Assembly: GCA_002256025.1 (NCBI GenBank)
Contig: NKIB01014792.1
Span: 1 to 40,568, forward strand
From: Asterionella formosa
Lineage: Eukaryota
Reading direction: 5' to 3'
DNA length: 40,568 bases
Shown here in pieces: positions 23,801 to 33,798 of this stretch. Within the stretch, counting starts at the first letter, position 1. Each line of letters begins with the position of its first letter. The notes under the pieces were generated by a model. It saw only the letters and a program-made list of their open reading frames with translations, ran no database searches and was not told where the DNA came from. The position numbers and the translations under genes were made by a program.

Positions 23801-24301
23801 GAAGAATCCAGAACAATTGCTTTTGTAGTGCAATCCAGTGTTGCGCCTGTTGAAAAGTTATCGGCAGAAATCCAAAAATTCCTTGATAACTTTGAAAGGA
23901 ATACATTGGAGACCCTCAATGCGGGCGACTTTGCTGTGTACGTCAAGGGGTTGATCGACCAAAAAACAGAACCTGACAAACAACTTGCAAATGAGGTGAC
24001 CAGAAACTGGGGAGAAATTTCGACTGGTCGGCTCCAGTTCGATCGAGTTCAGAGGGAAGCTGCTGCACTCCTCGACTGTCAAAAATCTGACTTAATACAA
24101 TTCTGGAGAACTATCTACGGTGATGGGCGACGGATGCTAATCACCGAAATCGTTCCAAGCTCGGGGCCTGCATCATCGACTGAACCAGTATCGAGTGGAG
24201 GATATGCAGAAGGAATTGTCGACCAAACAACAGATGGCCTCTTGTTGGGCATTGACGACATCGCTAAATTTCGTTTTGACCGCGAGCAGGAATCGAACTG
24301 A
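20894..24301 (+). CDS. M16A zinc metallopeptidase (insulin-degrading enzyme/pitrilysin family) with plastid and probable thylakoid-lumen targeting
   Basis: DDRDY..LPNGL, PGLAHFNEHMLFLGT (inverted HXXEH), GGSSNAFT, HPFSKFFTGN, LGHEGPGSLLSYLK, LRTKQQLGYIV. Signal peptide ending SKA-F followed by an RRR/hydrophobic/AxA segment. Confidence 0.93.
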   Translation: MKSLILLPISAILGTSKAFSITTYGTNIQYPSSSNNVVRRPAANNDNNDGDDLVRRWMQETKDQIGSQDSIRRRQLLFSLFAASGGTMIQPGKAAAAVSSPSEAQRSSQVEIQTPPLDDRDYETFTLPNGLRVLFCSDPSSNEAAAAMDVHVGACSDPDQVPGLAHFNEHMLFLGTKEFPKEASFEAFLAANGGSSNAFTDSEDTVYYFSMEAEAENRLSEALCRFGSFFSSPLFTQSATGRELNAIDSENAKNLQSDIFRIFQIQKSRANPKHPFSKFFTGNKRTLLEDTKYQKIDLRQQLISFYNKYYSANQMTLAIVAPQSLESLKAMVTKTFSAIPNRRAAKPEAAWNGIIAPFSKDSVIPSYGHIVEVVPVQDLRQLALAFPIIYQSNQDRQDSLLSKQADYVSHLLGHEGPGSLLSYLKKQQWANSLGSSTEAELSDFETFSVTIELTTQGLANIDRVAESVFSYIQMLKEERIPDYVFEEVLQLTELEWRFLTKGSPGNYVQSLVSSMQKYPPELYVAGPRRLALVETREKLISSSNPRSRFSNQEQFALTRSLTMALIEKITVDNLMVTVLSKTFAPLADQKEKWYGTQYRVRSIFPETMTQWRYPVSAKDLGIAYPKPNVFIPSESGLRVISPPPLANKLEKRSFESRMQPISPPKVIRDDGEEGRWTVFYKLDDRFGQPKAFVIFELLTKEVFSNPTRAALAQLYQSSATDRLEEYAYDARLAGLTFDVQVLPRGVRLTFGGYNDKLQEFASYVSIKLAKDIMSSLPQNGVEFDRYKDNLMRGLSAFDVKQPFAHGSYYAYLTLQPRKFQYTNAELRDAVRKTTLPDLVTYVKTLWSSGKGEALVQGNLKEREALILVDTIDKALNFKTIKKEQLPPRIKPLPLPSRSANASVTRLRIAEPNTSNENSAVHVLLQSLGRTEKDHVLIEILAAIVNEPFYGDLRTKQQLGYIVGSGIRALEESRTIAFVVQSSVAPVEKLSAEIQKFLDNFERNTLETLNAGDFAVYVKGLIDQKTEPDKQLANEVTRNWGEISTGRLQFDRVQREAAALLDCQKSDLIQFWRTIYGDGRRMLITEIVPSSGPASSTEPVSSGGYAEGIVDQTTDGLLLGIDDIAKFRFDREQESN

Positions 24302-24374
24302 TAAAAGAAAGCGAAGCACTAAAAGGTACCATATAATTGTAGTTGTAACAAAAGCACAAAAATCCGACAACATT

Positions 24375-27300
24375 TTACTTCTTTTTTAGCATTGAACTGA
24401 AGAAACTGCTCATGACACCCCCTCCACTACTATCTTTGGTCTGACCAATGTCGTTCTTGTCCTTACCGAGCTTTCGTCGCTGCAATTCACTAAGTGATCG
24501 ATCCGTTTGAATCGGAAGCAAACCAAATCGTCGAGACGAAGCGAGTGGGCTGTATAGAAGAGAAATCCCGCTTCCAGTAGCACCCAAGTTGATGCCCGAG
24601 TCATTGAAGGTTAAATCGGTCAATGATGCCGTATCGTCTCCAAGTAAGGACAACAGCATCAGATCCGAAATTTCCAAAACTTGACGATACCGCCCCTCAA
24701 TGGTCTGGAGCAGCACAGAAATATCCCCGTAATACACGTGACTCAACAGCCGATCTCCGACCACGGACGCCTTTTCTAACAAGGCCTTGTGTTCAAGACT
24801 CTTATCCGTGACGTTCACTGTGTCGTTTCGACAGCCGAACCCGTTTCGATTTCTCTTGAATAAGCACATATGAATAAACCCGATATCCAAAGAAAGCTGA
24901 ATGATACCAGATGGGCATCCCTGAGAAAGTACACATTTCTCTGAACCATCTTCGAGCTCCTCTTCAGCCAAAGCAGCATTGATGCCTTCATCAAAGGCAG
25001 TCGCCAGCGACTGTAACGCTTGACGAAGCAAGGCACCACGAATGATGTCCATCATGGTGGGAAGCACGCCATTCGACACACCCAAAGTTGCGGCGTAGTT
25101 TGGCGAAGGGACAGGAGCGAGCGAGTCAGATGGACAGACACTGCGATTTAGGGCTGAAGCAACAGCTAGAAGGTAACCAACAACGTGTGGCGAAACATTT
25201 CCAATGACAGCAGGCATCGATTTTTCAGCTGGTTTATCATGATTCATAAATTCCCCAAAATCGAGGACACTTGTGCTACTCACTCCGCCATAGATTCTCT
25301 GCCATTCGCTTTCACTACTAGAGCTGACAGCGCCCATGAAATCGTGCAGACTTCCACAAAACGCCAACGATGCGTTGGATAGGACCACTTGTGCCCATGC
25401 TGTGAAGCAAGTTTCAATGATATCATTCAATGAAGTTTGAATGGTGCCAAGAGCACTTTTGGGACCAGACTTTTCATGCCGCAAACCACGTGCGGATAGC
25501 AATGCTAATTCGTGTAAAGTAATATTCGAGGGCGCTGTAGTATGGCTGCTGGGTGAATTAGAAGCTGAGTCGTCTGGTTTCGTGGTCAGCAAGAGTGTCT
25601 CTCGAATCATTTCTGCTCCGTGAAATTGAGTTCCAGCAAAGGCAGAATCGACGGCTTCGATGGCATCTTCAAATGTAATCAGACCATCGTCATTGTCGTC
25701 CGCCAAATCGAAGGCTGACTGCAATTCCAACAATGTAATCATCCCACCGGAAGTTTCTTGCAACACAGCAGGAGAGTGTTCAGGGTTTAACAAAGTAGGC
25801 AGTGCTGTCAATCGGAACTTCAGCAAATGACAAAGACGACCCACCAAGAACTCCTTTGTAGCATCATCTGAGGCGCTCTTGTGCAAGAGCATCCGTCGCA
25901 ATTCACAAACTAAGCGACCCATGATTTCACATGTCTGAACATAGAGGGATTGTCGAAGACGGCGCTCGCTTTCCGTACGCTCTTCGGCGTGCACCAAAAG
26001 CTCATGAGCGTCTTCACTGACCTTTAGTAAAGCAACGTTGAGCTCTGTGGCAATCTTAAGCGTGTTGCGGTATGCTTCGTGAGGAAGCATGGCCGCGAAC
26101 GGTGGTGCATTCGTCAAGGAAGTGCGCAAAGTCGACACAACCTTGACGTGAACAGAATGGAATGAAGTGGTCAATAAGGAATGCACTAAAGAAGAAAAGG
26201 TATTGGAAAAGAGCGCACTCCAAAGTGAAAATTTGCGAGGAGCTTCTTTGCGTTGGGACACGGAAGTAGGTCCACCTTGGCTCAAGACAATGCGGACATC
26301 CACCATGGAACTAACAGCTTCTTCCCATGTACACACGCCTGAACTGTCCAATCGTTCGATACAATCTGTTCCATCTGTTTTGTCGTAGAGGGACTGCCGA
26401 ATCTGTCCAAGTGCACTTGCTGTTGTTCCAGCGATGGTCATAAGAACTGACTTGACCTTGGTCCGGATTAGCGGTAAATGTGCCGCCAGACAGTGCGAGG
26501 CTTTGGACTTGACGATGTCTGCGTCAAAGACTGGCATGGATGCCATGATTCCAACGGAATCGCCAGGGAAGGCGCGGCGAATGAAAATTTGGTATGGATG
26601 CAAGATAATGTCATGCTGTAGAATGGAAACAATTTCAGAAAGGACATGTTCGGCAGTTTCAGTTTGAATCTTTGATTCTCCAGCTGGCAACGTGAGTTGA
26701 CTCAACAAGCTTTGGAGTAGTTTGGCCTTGCTGTCAAAGTACAAATCGAGAAGTGGAATGGCACGGTCCACAGGCTTGTTGACTTTGAGCAAGTCAAGAG
26801 TCGACAGGGCCGACGCGGAACGCTGTGCACCCATCTTAGCATCAGCTCCATCGTTTCCGGTAGCTACACTAAGCAATCGCTTGGCGACGCGAATTGTACG
26901 TGCTGGGATCGCCTCCATGTAAAGATATGTCATTTTCATTTGAGTGACAATAACGGGGTCCAATGGCTGCATGAAGTTCGTAATGCAGGCGTCCGACAAA
27001 GCTGTCGCAAGGGGATATGCCTCTGTATTTGATGCGATGAGTTGAAATAGCTGAATGAGGCAAGTGGCTGCCTTGTGTACTTGGTTCTTGTCCAAGGCTC
27101 GATGAACTAAACGGGGGAGACGAGCCAGCTCGCGTCTCAGCAAAGCGCAAGAAATATCCACCGACGAGTCTCCTTCCTCGGTCTTGCTTTCTTGCGTTGA
27201 CTTGCTCTGAGATAGCTTGGTCATGAGAGATGGCAGCGCGTGAACAAGCTGGTGCAGTTCAGTTGAACGCTCTCTCATTTTGGTCACTTCGTCACTGCTG

Positions 27301-27599
27301 CCGACGAGTTCTCGGTATCGACTGGCAAGAACCAATCGCAGTTCGGTACGTTTGGCCTCGGCATCGCTGATGGCCTTCTGATGCAGCAGCCTCATTTCGT
27401 CAATCGTCATACTCTTCGCAATTGCTTGGTTGTATGGGGTGCTCAGGTGCGAAGATACGAAACGCGGGGAGCTCGATGGAATCGAAGTGCTGGTGCTGCT
27501 TACGGATCTCATCGTCGGTGGAGACGGAAGCGAGGACGCACTTGTGCTTCGAACTGCCCGTCCTGCCTTATAAGGCGACGGCGATGGGGTAGAAGCCAT
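24375..27599 (-). CDS. COG1: Vps51/Vps67-domain vesicle-tethering protein, probably conserved oligomeric Golgi complex subunit 1
   Basis: 1074-aa ORF. N-terminal AEAKRTELRLVLASRYRELVGSSDEVTKM resembles the COG1/Vps51 signature. Helical body, C-terminal RRFGLLPI, internal EF-hand-like loop. Confidence 0.7.
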   Translation of the reverse strand: MASTPSPSPYKAGRAVRSTSASSLPSPPTMRSVSSTSTSIPSSSPRFVSSHLSTPYNQAIAKSMTIDEMRLLHQKAISDAEAKRTELRLVLASRYRELVGSSDEVTKMRERSTELHQLVHALPSLMTKLSQSKSTQESKTEEGDSSVDISCALLRRELARLPRLVHRALDKNQVHKAATCLIQLFQLIASNTEAYPLATALSDACITNFMQPLDPVIVTQMKMTYLYMEAIPARTIRVAKRLLSVATGNDGADAKMGAQRSASALSTLDLLKVNKPVDRAIPLLDLYFDSKAKLLQSLLSQLTLPAGESKIQTETAEHVLSEIVSILQHDIILHPYQIFIRRAFPGDSVGIMASMPVFDADIVKSKASHCLAAHLPLIRTKVKSVLMTIAGTTASALGQIRQSLYDKTDGTDCIERLDSSGVCTWEEAVSSMVDVRIVLSQGGPTSVSQRKEAPRKFSLWSALFSNTFSSLVHSLLTTSFHSVHVKVVSTLRTSLTNAPPFAAMLPHEAYRNTLKIATELNVALLKVSEDAHELLVHAEERTESERRLRQSLYVQTCEIMGRLVCELRRMLLHKSASDDATKEFLVGRLCHLLKFRLTALPTLLNPEHSPAVLQETSGGMITLLELQSAFDLADDNDDGLITFEDAIEAVDSAFAGTQFHGAEMIRETLLLTTKPDDSASNSPSSHTTAPSNITLHELALLSARGLRHEKSGPKSALGTIQTSLNDIIETCFTAWAQVVLSNASLAFCGSLHDFMGAVSSSSESEWQRIYGGVSSTSVLDFGEFMNHDKPAEKSMPAVIGNVSPHVVGYLLAVASALNRSVCPSDSLAPVPSPNYAATLGVSNGVLPTMMDIIRGALLRQALQSLATAFDEGINAALAEEELEDGSEKCVLSQGCPSGIIQLSLDIGFIHMCLFKRNRNGFGCRNDTVNVTDKSLEHKALLEKASVVGDRLLSHVYYGDISVLLQTIEGRYRQVLEISDLMLLSLLGDDTASLTDLTFNDSGINLGATGSGISLLYSPLASSRRFGLLPIQTDRSLSELQRRKLGKDKNDIGQTKDSSGGGVMSSFFSSMLKKK

Positions 27600-28192
27600 G
27601 TTGCTTCGGGTTCTTGCTTGATATAGAAGTTGCTGACTGCGATTTCCGGTCTCTACACAGCTGATGATGATCGATGATTTTTATGTGCGACCAGGAAGAT
27701 AGTATGTTGTACCGCGGGGTCTTGATACATAGCCTGGTACTCCAGTTATAAAACACTGGTGCTTTGAACGCACCTACCGGACTACCGGTAGTCTACCCGG
27801 GAGACTACCAGGGTACCTGGTACTCTATTATTTCACTACCGGTATATGTTTGTGTATGTGACTGCCAGTACGTTCGATCGATTAGTACGACTAAACACTT
27901 AAATATTACCAGTAGTTTCAATCGAGGTGGGGGATTATGATTGGACAAACGATTCAACCAGATTCCATTGACAACAGAAGATATGAGCAAATGTTTATAA
28001 TGATGCATTTACTATTTATGGAGGTTCAAAGTGGTATATAAAAGTACCTTAATACCATAGAATTAATTTATGTTCTATCATACAGGGAATATGGATTACA
28101 ACATTTCATAAAAATTATTTTATGAAATCACTCAAAATATATAAATCATCCTTCCAATGAGTATTCATCATCAAACGCCGCTTTCCGCAAAC

Positions 28193-28711
28193 AAGTGGTG
28201 CAAGAAAGATCTTGACTGGTCATTCCAGGGCAGGAGTACTGGAGTGTGCTAGGAAGAAGCACCATACATTTCAACATGGTAGTGCGCTTGTATGAGGACA
28301 AGTTTTATGTGGATATACATGAAAACTAGAGGTCGACAACAGTTCAAGTCCTAGAAACAGCAAGAACAGAAAGAAGAAAGAAAGCAAAAAAAATGAAGAA
28401 AAAGAGAGGCACTTGAAAATTTCTGTTGGATAGAGTGTGTCAAACATACACATTGGGATGATATGGTATATCAAACATCAATAGGGGAGGTAGGTGTCAG
28501 AATGTGTCTGTGAGGCTATTGATGTTGACAGGTGTCCAAAGGCTAGATGTGGTATAAGGAATGTCTAAATGGAAATAGACAGTATTTATGTACTAGCTAC
28601 TAACTAGCTAGCAGGAGAATATGCAAAGAAGAAGTGGTGTGAAAAAATCTTGACCAGTCATTCCAGGGCAATACTGGAGTGTGCAAGGAAGAAGCGCCAT
28701 AAATTTCAACA
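28193..28711 (+). mobile_element. TRIM-like non-autonomous LTR retroelement: truncated 5' LTR 28193-28276, internal region 28277-28494, 3' LTR 28495-28711
   Basis: ~80-bp diverged direct repeats, both ending TTTCAACA. The first is followed by PBS-like TGGTAGTGCGC. A purine tract AGGGGAGGTAGG precedes TGTCAG at 28495. Confidence 0.7.
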
Positions 28712-29215
28712 ATATAGCTAGTGGTGATTGGTGATTCAAGGAATATTCAAATACACATACCCACAGGGATCATCATCATGAATAAGAATGCCGCCTCACA
28801 CAATATTGATGAGGCACTAAACAATAACGCTGCACTGACAAACGCAATTTCCGGGTTTGTTATTCAAAATGGCGGTTGCGCCAAGCAGGAGCGAAAGCAG
28901 TACCGTTAGTAATATAACAGTTCACAACATCATATGAATAACTGCGTATATACAGGTAGTTTGGAACAAGTTCAAATAAAACATGAAGTATAAGCAAACC
29001 GGTAGGTCTAGCATTATTTATCAAGGATATACCGGTACTTTATGTAGCAGTCGTCAAGACTTTGCCTGAGGAGATTCAGCTACCGGTATTTCTCCTGGCA
29101 TACTTCCAGGACTTGTTGTCCTCGTTGGCTCTATTATTTGCCTCCTCGATTCGCTCCATCATCAAGAATTGAAAACTCAAATACGGCTAACAACGTGCTG
29201 CCACACAAAAAAACG

Positions 29216-31197
29216 ATGCCGCCTCCCCAATCTCGTCGAATGACATTGGGCGTGGTCAACATGAACAGTCAGGTCTCGATTGGAGGTGGCACTCGTGCTG
29301 AGACACCAAACAAGGCCTCCAAGCAAAAGCCTCCTCGTGGAAGAGTCTCCATGCTTCCCCGAGTGGGAAGGGAGAATATAGTCCCTCCCAGTCCAGCCCG
29401 TTCTGTCGTCAGCGCAGCTACTGCCAACTCACGTCGGCGCTCGGTTGGTGGAGTGGATCATCGCAGAGCTTCATCGGCAGCTGTAAAGCAGGACCCACGC
29501 CCGATAACTGACAAACTCCATCAGAATGGATGTGTCAAGCGCTTGCTCGAGTATCTCATTACTACTGGATACGATTATCCCATTTCGCAGAAGACTCTGG
29601 CGAGGCCTTCTGGGAAAGATTTTGCAAACATTGTGACTTTTCTACTCAGAAAGGTTGACCCTACCTTCCAAAACGGTCTCATGAAATTTGAAGATGAAGT
29701 TGCAATGAACTTCAAGGCCATGGGATACCCTTTTCCAGTTTCGAAGACAGCTTTGGTGGCTGCGGGCTCTCCACACACTTGGCCAACCCTCCTCGCTGCA
29801 TTGACATGGCTCATGGAACATATCATGTGCATTGAAGCTGATTTGGATGAGGATGTCAAGGAGGACCCTGATAAACCATTTGAATCATTAGACGAATTAG
29901 AAGGCAAAACGGACAAGGCATTTTTCAGGTTTCTTAGTGGAGCCTACTCTGCGTTTTTGAAAGGAGATCAGCAACAGTCGGATATGCTGACAGATGGATT
30001 GTTGGAAATGTTTGAGCACGACAACATGATCATCGAAAGGGAGATCGATCGAGTTACAGACCTCAATGCCGCTATTCTTCAAAAGATGAATCATTTGTCA
30101 CAAGAGTCAGAATCGTGAGTCCTTTTGTTCTTTCAATCTGTTTCGATTTATAGTTATCATGCTAACCAACTGTCAGTCTCCCAACCTTGTCTCAAAAGCG
30201 AGAAGAGTATGCCACTGACCTGGAACAGTATCATGACTTAGTTCGCCAGATGGATGAACATAAATTGGCATTGGAGGAAAAGGTCAAGGAGCGAACTGCC
30301 GAGCTTCGCGAAACCGAAGTCCACCTAGAATCCATGACAGAGAAAGTCACCACATTGAAGGACACAATTCAGCGTCAAGACTTGTCAGTTGAAGATATTC
30401 GGAAGATGCAAGTAGAGAACGAACGAGTGAGTGAGGCTCTTGAGAAAGCCTGCTTATTGCGGCAAAATAATAAGGAAGCTCTATGGATTTCGGAGACAGA
30501 GTTGAATAAACTGTTTGAACGTCTCGAAATTGCCGTCGAAAGCTATAATGTGAAAATTACAGAGCTTTCTCTTCTCATAGATAATGCTGGCGAATTTAAA
30601 ATGTCTATCAACAGGGAGTCTGCAGCTTCAGGCGATCAATCTCAGTTGCTTCAAGTCAGTCTTCGCACTGATGTACGCCCTTTCCTCGCCGACTTCAAGG
30701 CTGAAATCAGCGAACAAATGACAGTTCTTCGTCGAGATCTACAAGAGGAACTGGACCAGCTAGAAACCAGGGAAGCGGCATTGACAGAAGCCAGCGACAT
30801 ACTTCAAATTCTAGAAGACAGAAAAGCAAAATGCGAAGAGAACATTGTTAAGGAGCGTGAGCAGGCGGAGGCTGCCTTAGCTGTCCGGCTGCGAGAGATC
30901 GACGTATTAGAAGACAACATTGAATCACTTCGAGATCCTGCAGCATTGGAAGAGCAGATTGCAAGGTACCAGCGTCAGTGTACTCAGTTAGAGGCTCTTC
31001 AGATGAAACATCAAGAAGAGAATATATCCCAGAAAATTGCTGTCCTCGACGAAATCAAAACTGCGATTAGAGCAATCACGGACCATAATCAATATCTACA
31101 GGAACAATTTGGGGTCATGAAGCAATACGCGATCAGCAAACGATCTGTAATTCTTGATGTTACTCTTTCTGAAAAGACGAACATTGGTAAGCAGTAA
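29216..31197 (+). CDS. NDC80: Kinetochore protein NDC80/HEC1 (~639 aa); exon 1 29216-30114, intron 30115-30176, exon 2 30177-31197
   Basis: Basic N-terminal tail, KQDPRPITDK, PSGKDF, MGYPFPVSKTALVAAGSPHTWPTLLAALTWL (HEC1 CH domain), long coiled coil. GTGAGT donor, GCTAAC branch point and CAG acceptor give an in-frame join. Confidence 0.95.
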
Positions 31198-31329
31198 AAG
31201 TGCGGATTTTACAATTATTATATCTATCTAGTGCAACGCCATCGGGAGAAATAAGTATTAAAAAAATTGTAGTCGAAGCTTATGCATTTCACTGACCTTT
31301 CATTCCATCAATGAGTTTTAGAGAAGATT

Positions 31330-32427
31330 TCATTGCTTTGTTTTGTGTTGAGCAACTAGAGCAGTATTTCGTTCCTGTACAAGTCGTGGTAAATCTCCAA
31401 CTGACCAGAAGTCGACGTAGTACGTGGATACTGTCAAATTTTCATTGGCATGTGAGCAGTTTTCAATGCGGCTGTTAGCAAAGTTCTCCAAATTGGCCGT
31501 CGCGGCAGTCAATTCACTTGTAGGTGTGACAAAGCCGTTGACAGCAAAGAATTTTTTACTGCTGCGGTCAACACCTCTTGTTATTTTGCACGAGTAAGTA
31601 ATATTTTCCAATTCTTGAAGGTCGATAAAAGAATATTCGGTTTCAACTGCGTAATCCCAATAGAAATTCATTCCTACTGGACAATCCCCTGCGTCGCAAT
31701 TCGCTCCGTTGTAGTGAAATAGAATGATACGCGTGTCGGCATCACGGAGGGTTCGAAGAGTGGGCCACGCATAGCTGGAGTTACTGTGTTGATAAAGCAT
31801 GTCGGTCATGCCGCTGACATTGGTCAATACTTGATAGATTCCGTCAAGAGTGACTTGTTGGCCTGCTTGACTGTTAATTTCAATATTTATTACGATGATT
31901 TCGCTGGGATTGTCATTCAAAAAGGTGACTATTTCGGTGAAGAACTCCACCGCAGATCTTTCAGCCAGCTTGCAAATGCCATGGCAGAGTACGTACCTGC
32001 CATCACAATTGCACATGTCTACTGATATGTCCCGGAAGCCAGCGGCAAGAGAAACTTTGGTTTCAATCTTTTGATTGGCCTCAATAAAGAATCCCTTGTC
32101 CGTCGAAGCGAAACTGTTGTGAGCTCCAGCGAAGAGGACTTCGCCTAGTCGGAGATCACACATACCATCAAGGCCTTGGCAGCAATCATCTTTCGTTTGG
32201 CACTGAATGAAGACATACGGCTGAGTTGAGGGAGAGGAAGAAGGGGCAGGCATATCGGTTGAGTCCGTGGAATTCGCCGCAAAATTCGGCAAAACATTGG
32301 TGATTGCTTGATCGAAGGGAACAAACAACCGGATCAACACTACTGCCACGGCGATGAGAACGAATGTGAAAATAACGCGAGGCCAGTTGCAGCAACTCTT
32401 CTTGACAGAAGCTTCAGATGATGACAT
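31330..32427 (-). CDS. PI-PLC X-domain-like phosphodiesterase with an N-terminal membrane anchor
   Basis: CQGLDGMCDLRL..FAGAHNSF, LCHGIC, FLNDNPSEIIVI, WPTL, YVDFWSVGDL. Hydrophobic segment at ~aa 18-35. Confidence 0.82.
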   Translation of the reverse strand: MSSSEASVKKSCCNWPRVIFTFVLIAVAVVLIRLFVPFDQAITNVLPNFAANSTDSTDMPAPSSSPSTQPYVFIQCQTKDDCCQGLDGMCDLRLGEVLFAGAHNSFASTDKGFFIEANQKIETKVSLAAGFRDISVDMCNCDGRYVLCHGICKLAERSAVEFFTEIVTFLNDNPSEIIVINIEINSQAGQQVTLDGIYQVLTNVSGMTDMLYQHSNSSYAWPTLRTLRDADTRIILFHYNGANCDAGDCPVGMNFYWDYAVETEYSFIDLQELENITYSCKITRGVDRSSKKFFAVNGFVTPTSELTAATANLENFANSRIENCSHANENLTVSTYYVDFWSVGDLPRLVQERNTALVAQHKTKQ

Positions 32428-32952
32428 AGTGAAGGGAATGGAAACTGAAAAGATTTCCGAATGGAGAGTTTGAGTTTAATGAGACGCGATGCCGTACTGA
32501 TTTTCGATTTGACGATGTACTAGTGTCGCTGTTGGACTACACTGAGCCCTAACAGGCTCGCAGTCGTCGCAAACAGTAAAGAAATTGGTGCGCAGAGCTT
32601 TTGGAAAAAGCCACAGTGGAACGTTGCTTTCCTAAACCATGAAGAGTTCTTAGTGAATGTTGCTTTGTTCCCCAGCAAGCAAAGCCGGGAAATATGAAAT
32701 ATCTCATGTATGACACCGGTAAAGCTATGCTCAATCGGTGCTGACAGCGAAAGGAAACGACAAGCAAGAATAAAAAGCGCGCAAGCTAACATTTGAATTA
32801 GTCCCGGTACAGGTATATTCTTGCTTCGCTTATTGCAAGTATTACGTAGCGAGTGGGTTGTGGTACCGGGAGTTGACGGAAACTCCAAAGTACGAAAAGT
32901 CACGTACAAAAACGGTGTTTTATCTAAAATCGACCTCGCATCACGTTTTCCC

Positions 32953-33097
32953 AAAGGACCGCAAAAGACCGCAAAGTTCGCAAAAGACCGCAGAAAAACG
33001 TCGTATATCCGGGGTTTCCCGTTCTTTTGCGGTCTTTTGAGGTCTTTTGCGAACTTATGCGAACTTTTGCGAACTTCGCGTTCTTTTGCGGTCTTTT
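32953..33097. repeat. Head-to-head array of ~10-bp units (AAAAGACCGC / AAAAGTTCGC and their reverse complements)
   Basis: About 4 units plus CGCAGAAAAACG (32953-33000), a ~19-bp spacer, then about 8 inverted units GCGGTCTTTT/GCGAACTTTT (33020-33097). Confidence 0.92.
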
Positions 33098-33580
33098 CGT
33101 TCGACCTCCGTCAGTGTGTTAAAAGGTTGCGGCCCCGCAGTTACAAATTGCGAGGTCCTTTTTTCCCAAATTAATTTTATGATGTACCTTCATCCACACA
33201 TTACGTACAAGCAAATAAAACAGTTAAAGGTAAAATTAGCTTTCACCAATACGACCACTTTGCTCATGCTTAGATACAGTCATGGGTCGACTTAGGGGTA
33301 TGTTCTATCTTCGGATATGGTAAGGACCTCATTTCTGGAAAGAAACTGCAGTTATGTATCGTAGATTCGTAACTATCGCAAAAATAGTCAAAAAAGGTGC
33401 TACGAAGCTTTTCTAAAAATCTATGATACATAACTGCAGTTTCTCTCCAGAAATTAACTTCTGACGTTATAGGGTAACTACAGGTAGAAGGTTGAATGAT
33501 TAGAAACGGAATACTGGGACTTTTCCCAAAACAGGAAGAAACTGGAACAACTATTTGTAAATTCACCTGCCCATTGGCAT

Positions 33581-33652
33581 TTGCACCACAATTGCACCAC
33601 CAATTGCACCACCAATTGCACCACTATACTTAGAGTAGCCTGAATTGCACCA
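33581..33652. repeat. Tandem (AATTGCACCACC)-type 12-mer, about 4 copies plus one detached copy, upstream of the recombinase
   Basis: ttgcaccacaattgcaccaccaattgcaccaccaattgcaccac (33581-33624) and aattgcacca near 33643. Confidence 0.9.
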
Positions 33653-33798
33653 GACTATATCGAATCCGTGCTACTATGTTAATATTCATAACTGTAAAGG
33701 AATATATGTGATCCTCAAAATTACAGCCCGCCAATATTTGATGAATAATTTGTTCACTTAACTTGCCAATTTCGCATCCATATACTTGAATTGTCAGA

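Noticed and set aside
32953..33097. CRISPR-like array, or the coding ORFs predicted over it (32821-33174, 32858-33040)
   Set aside because: Units are only 10 bp and inverted. The ORFs are low-complexity translations of the repeats.
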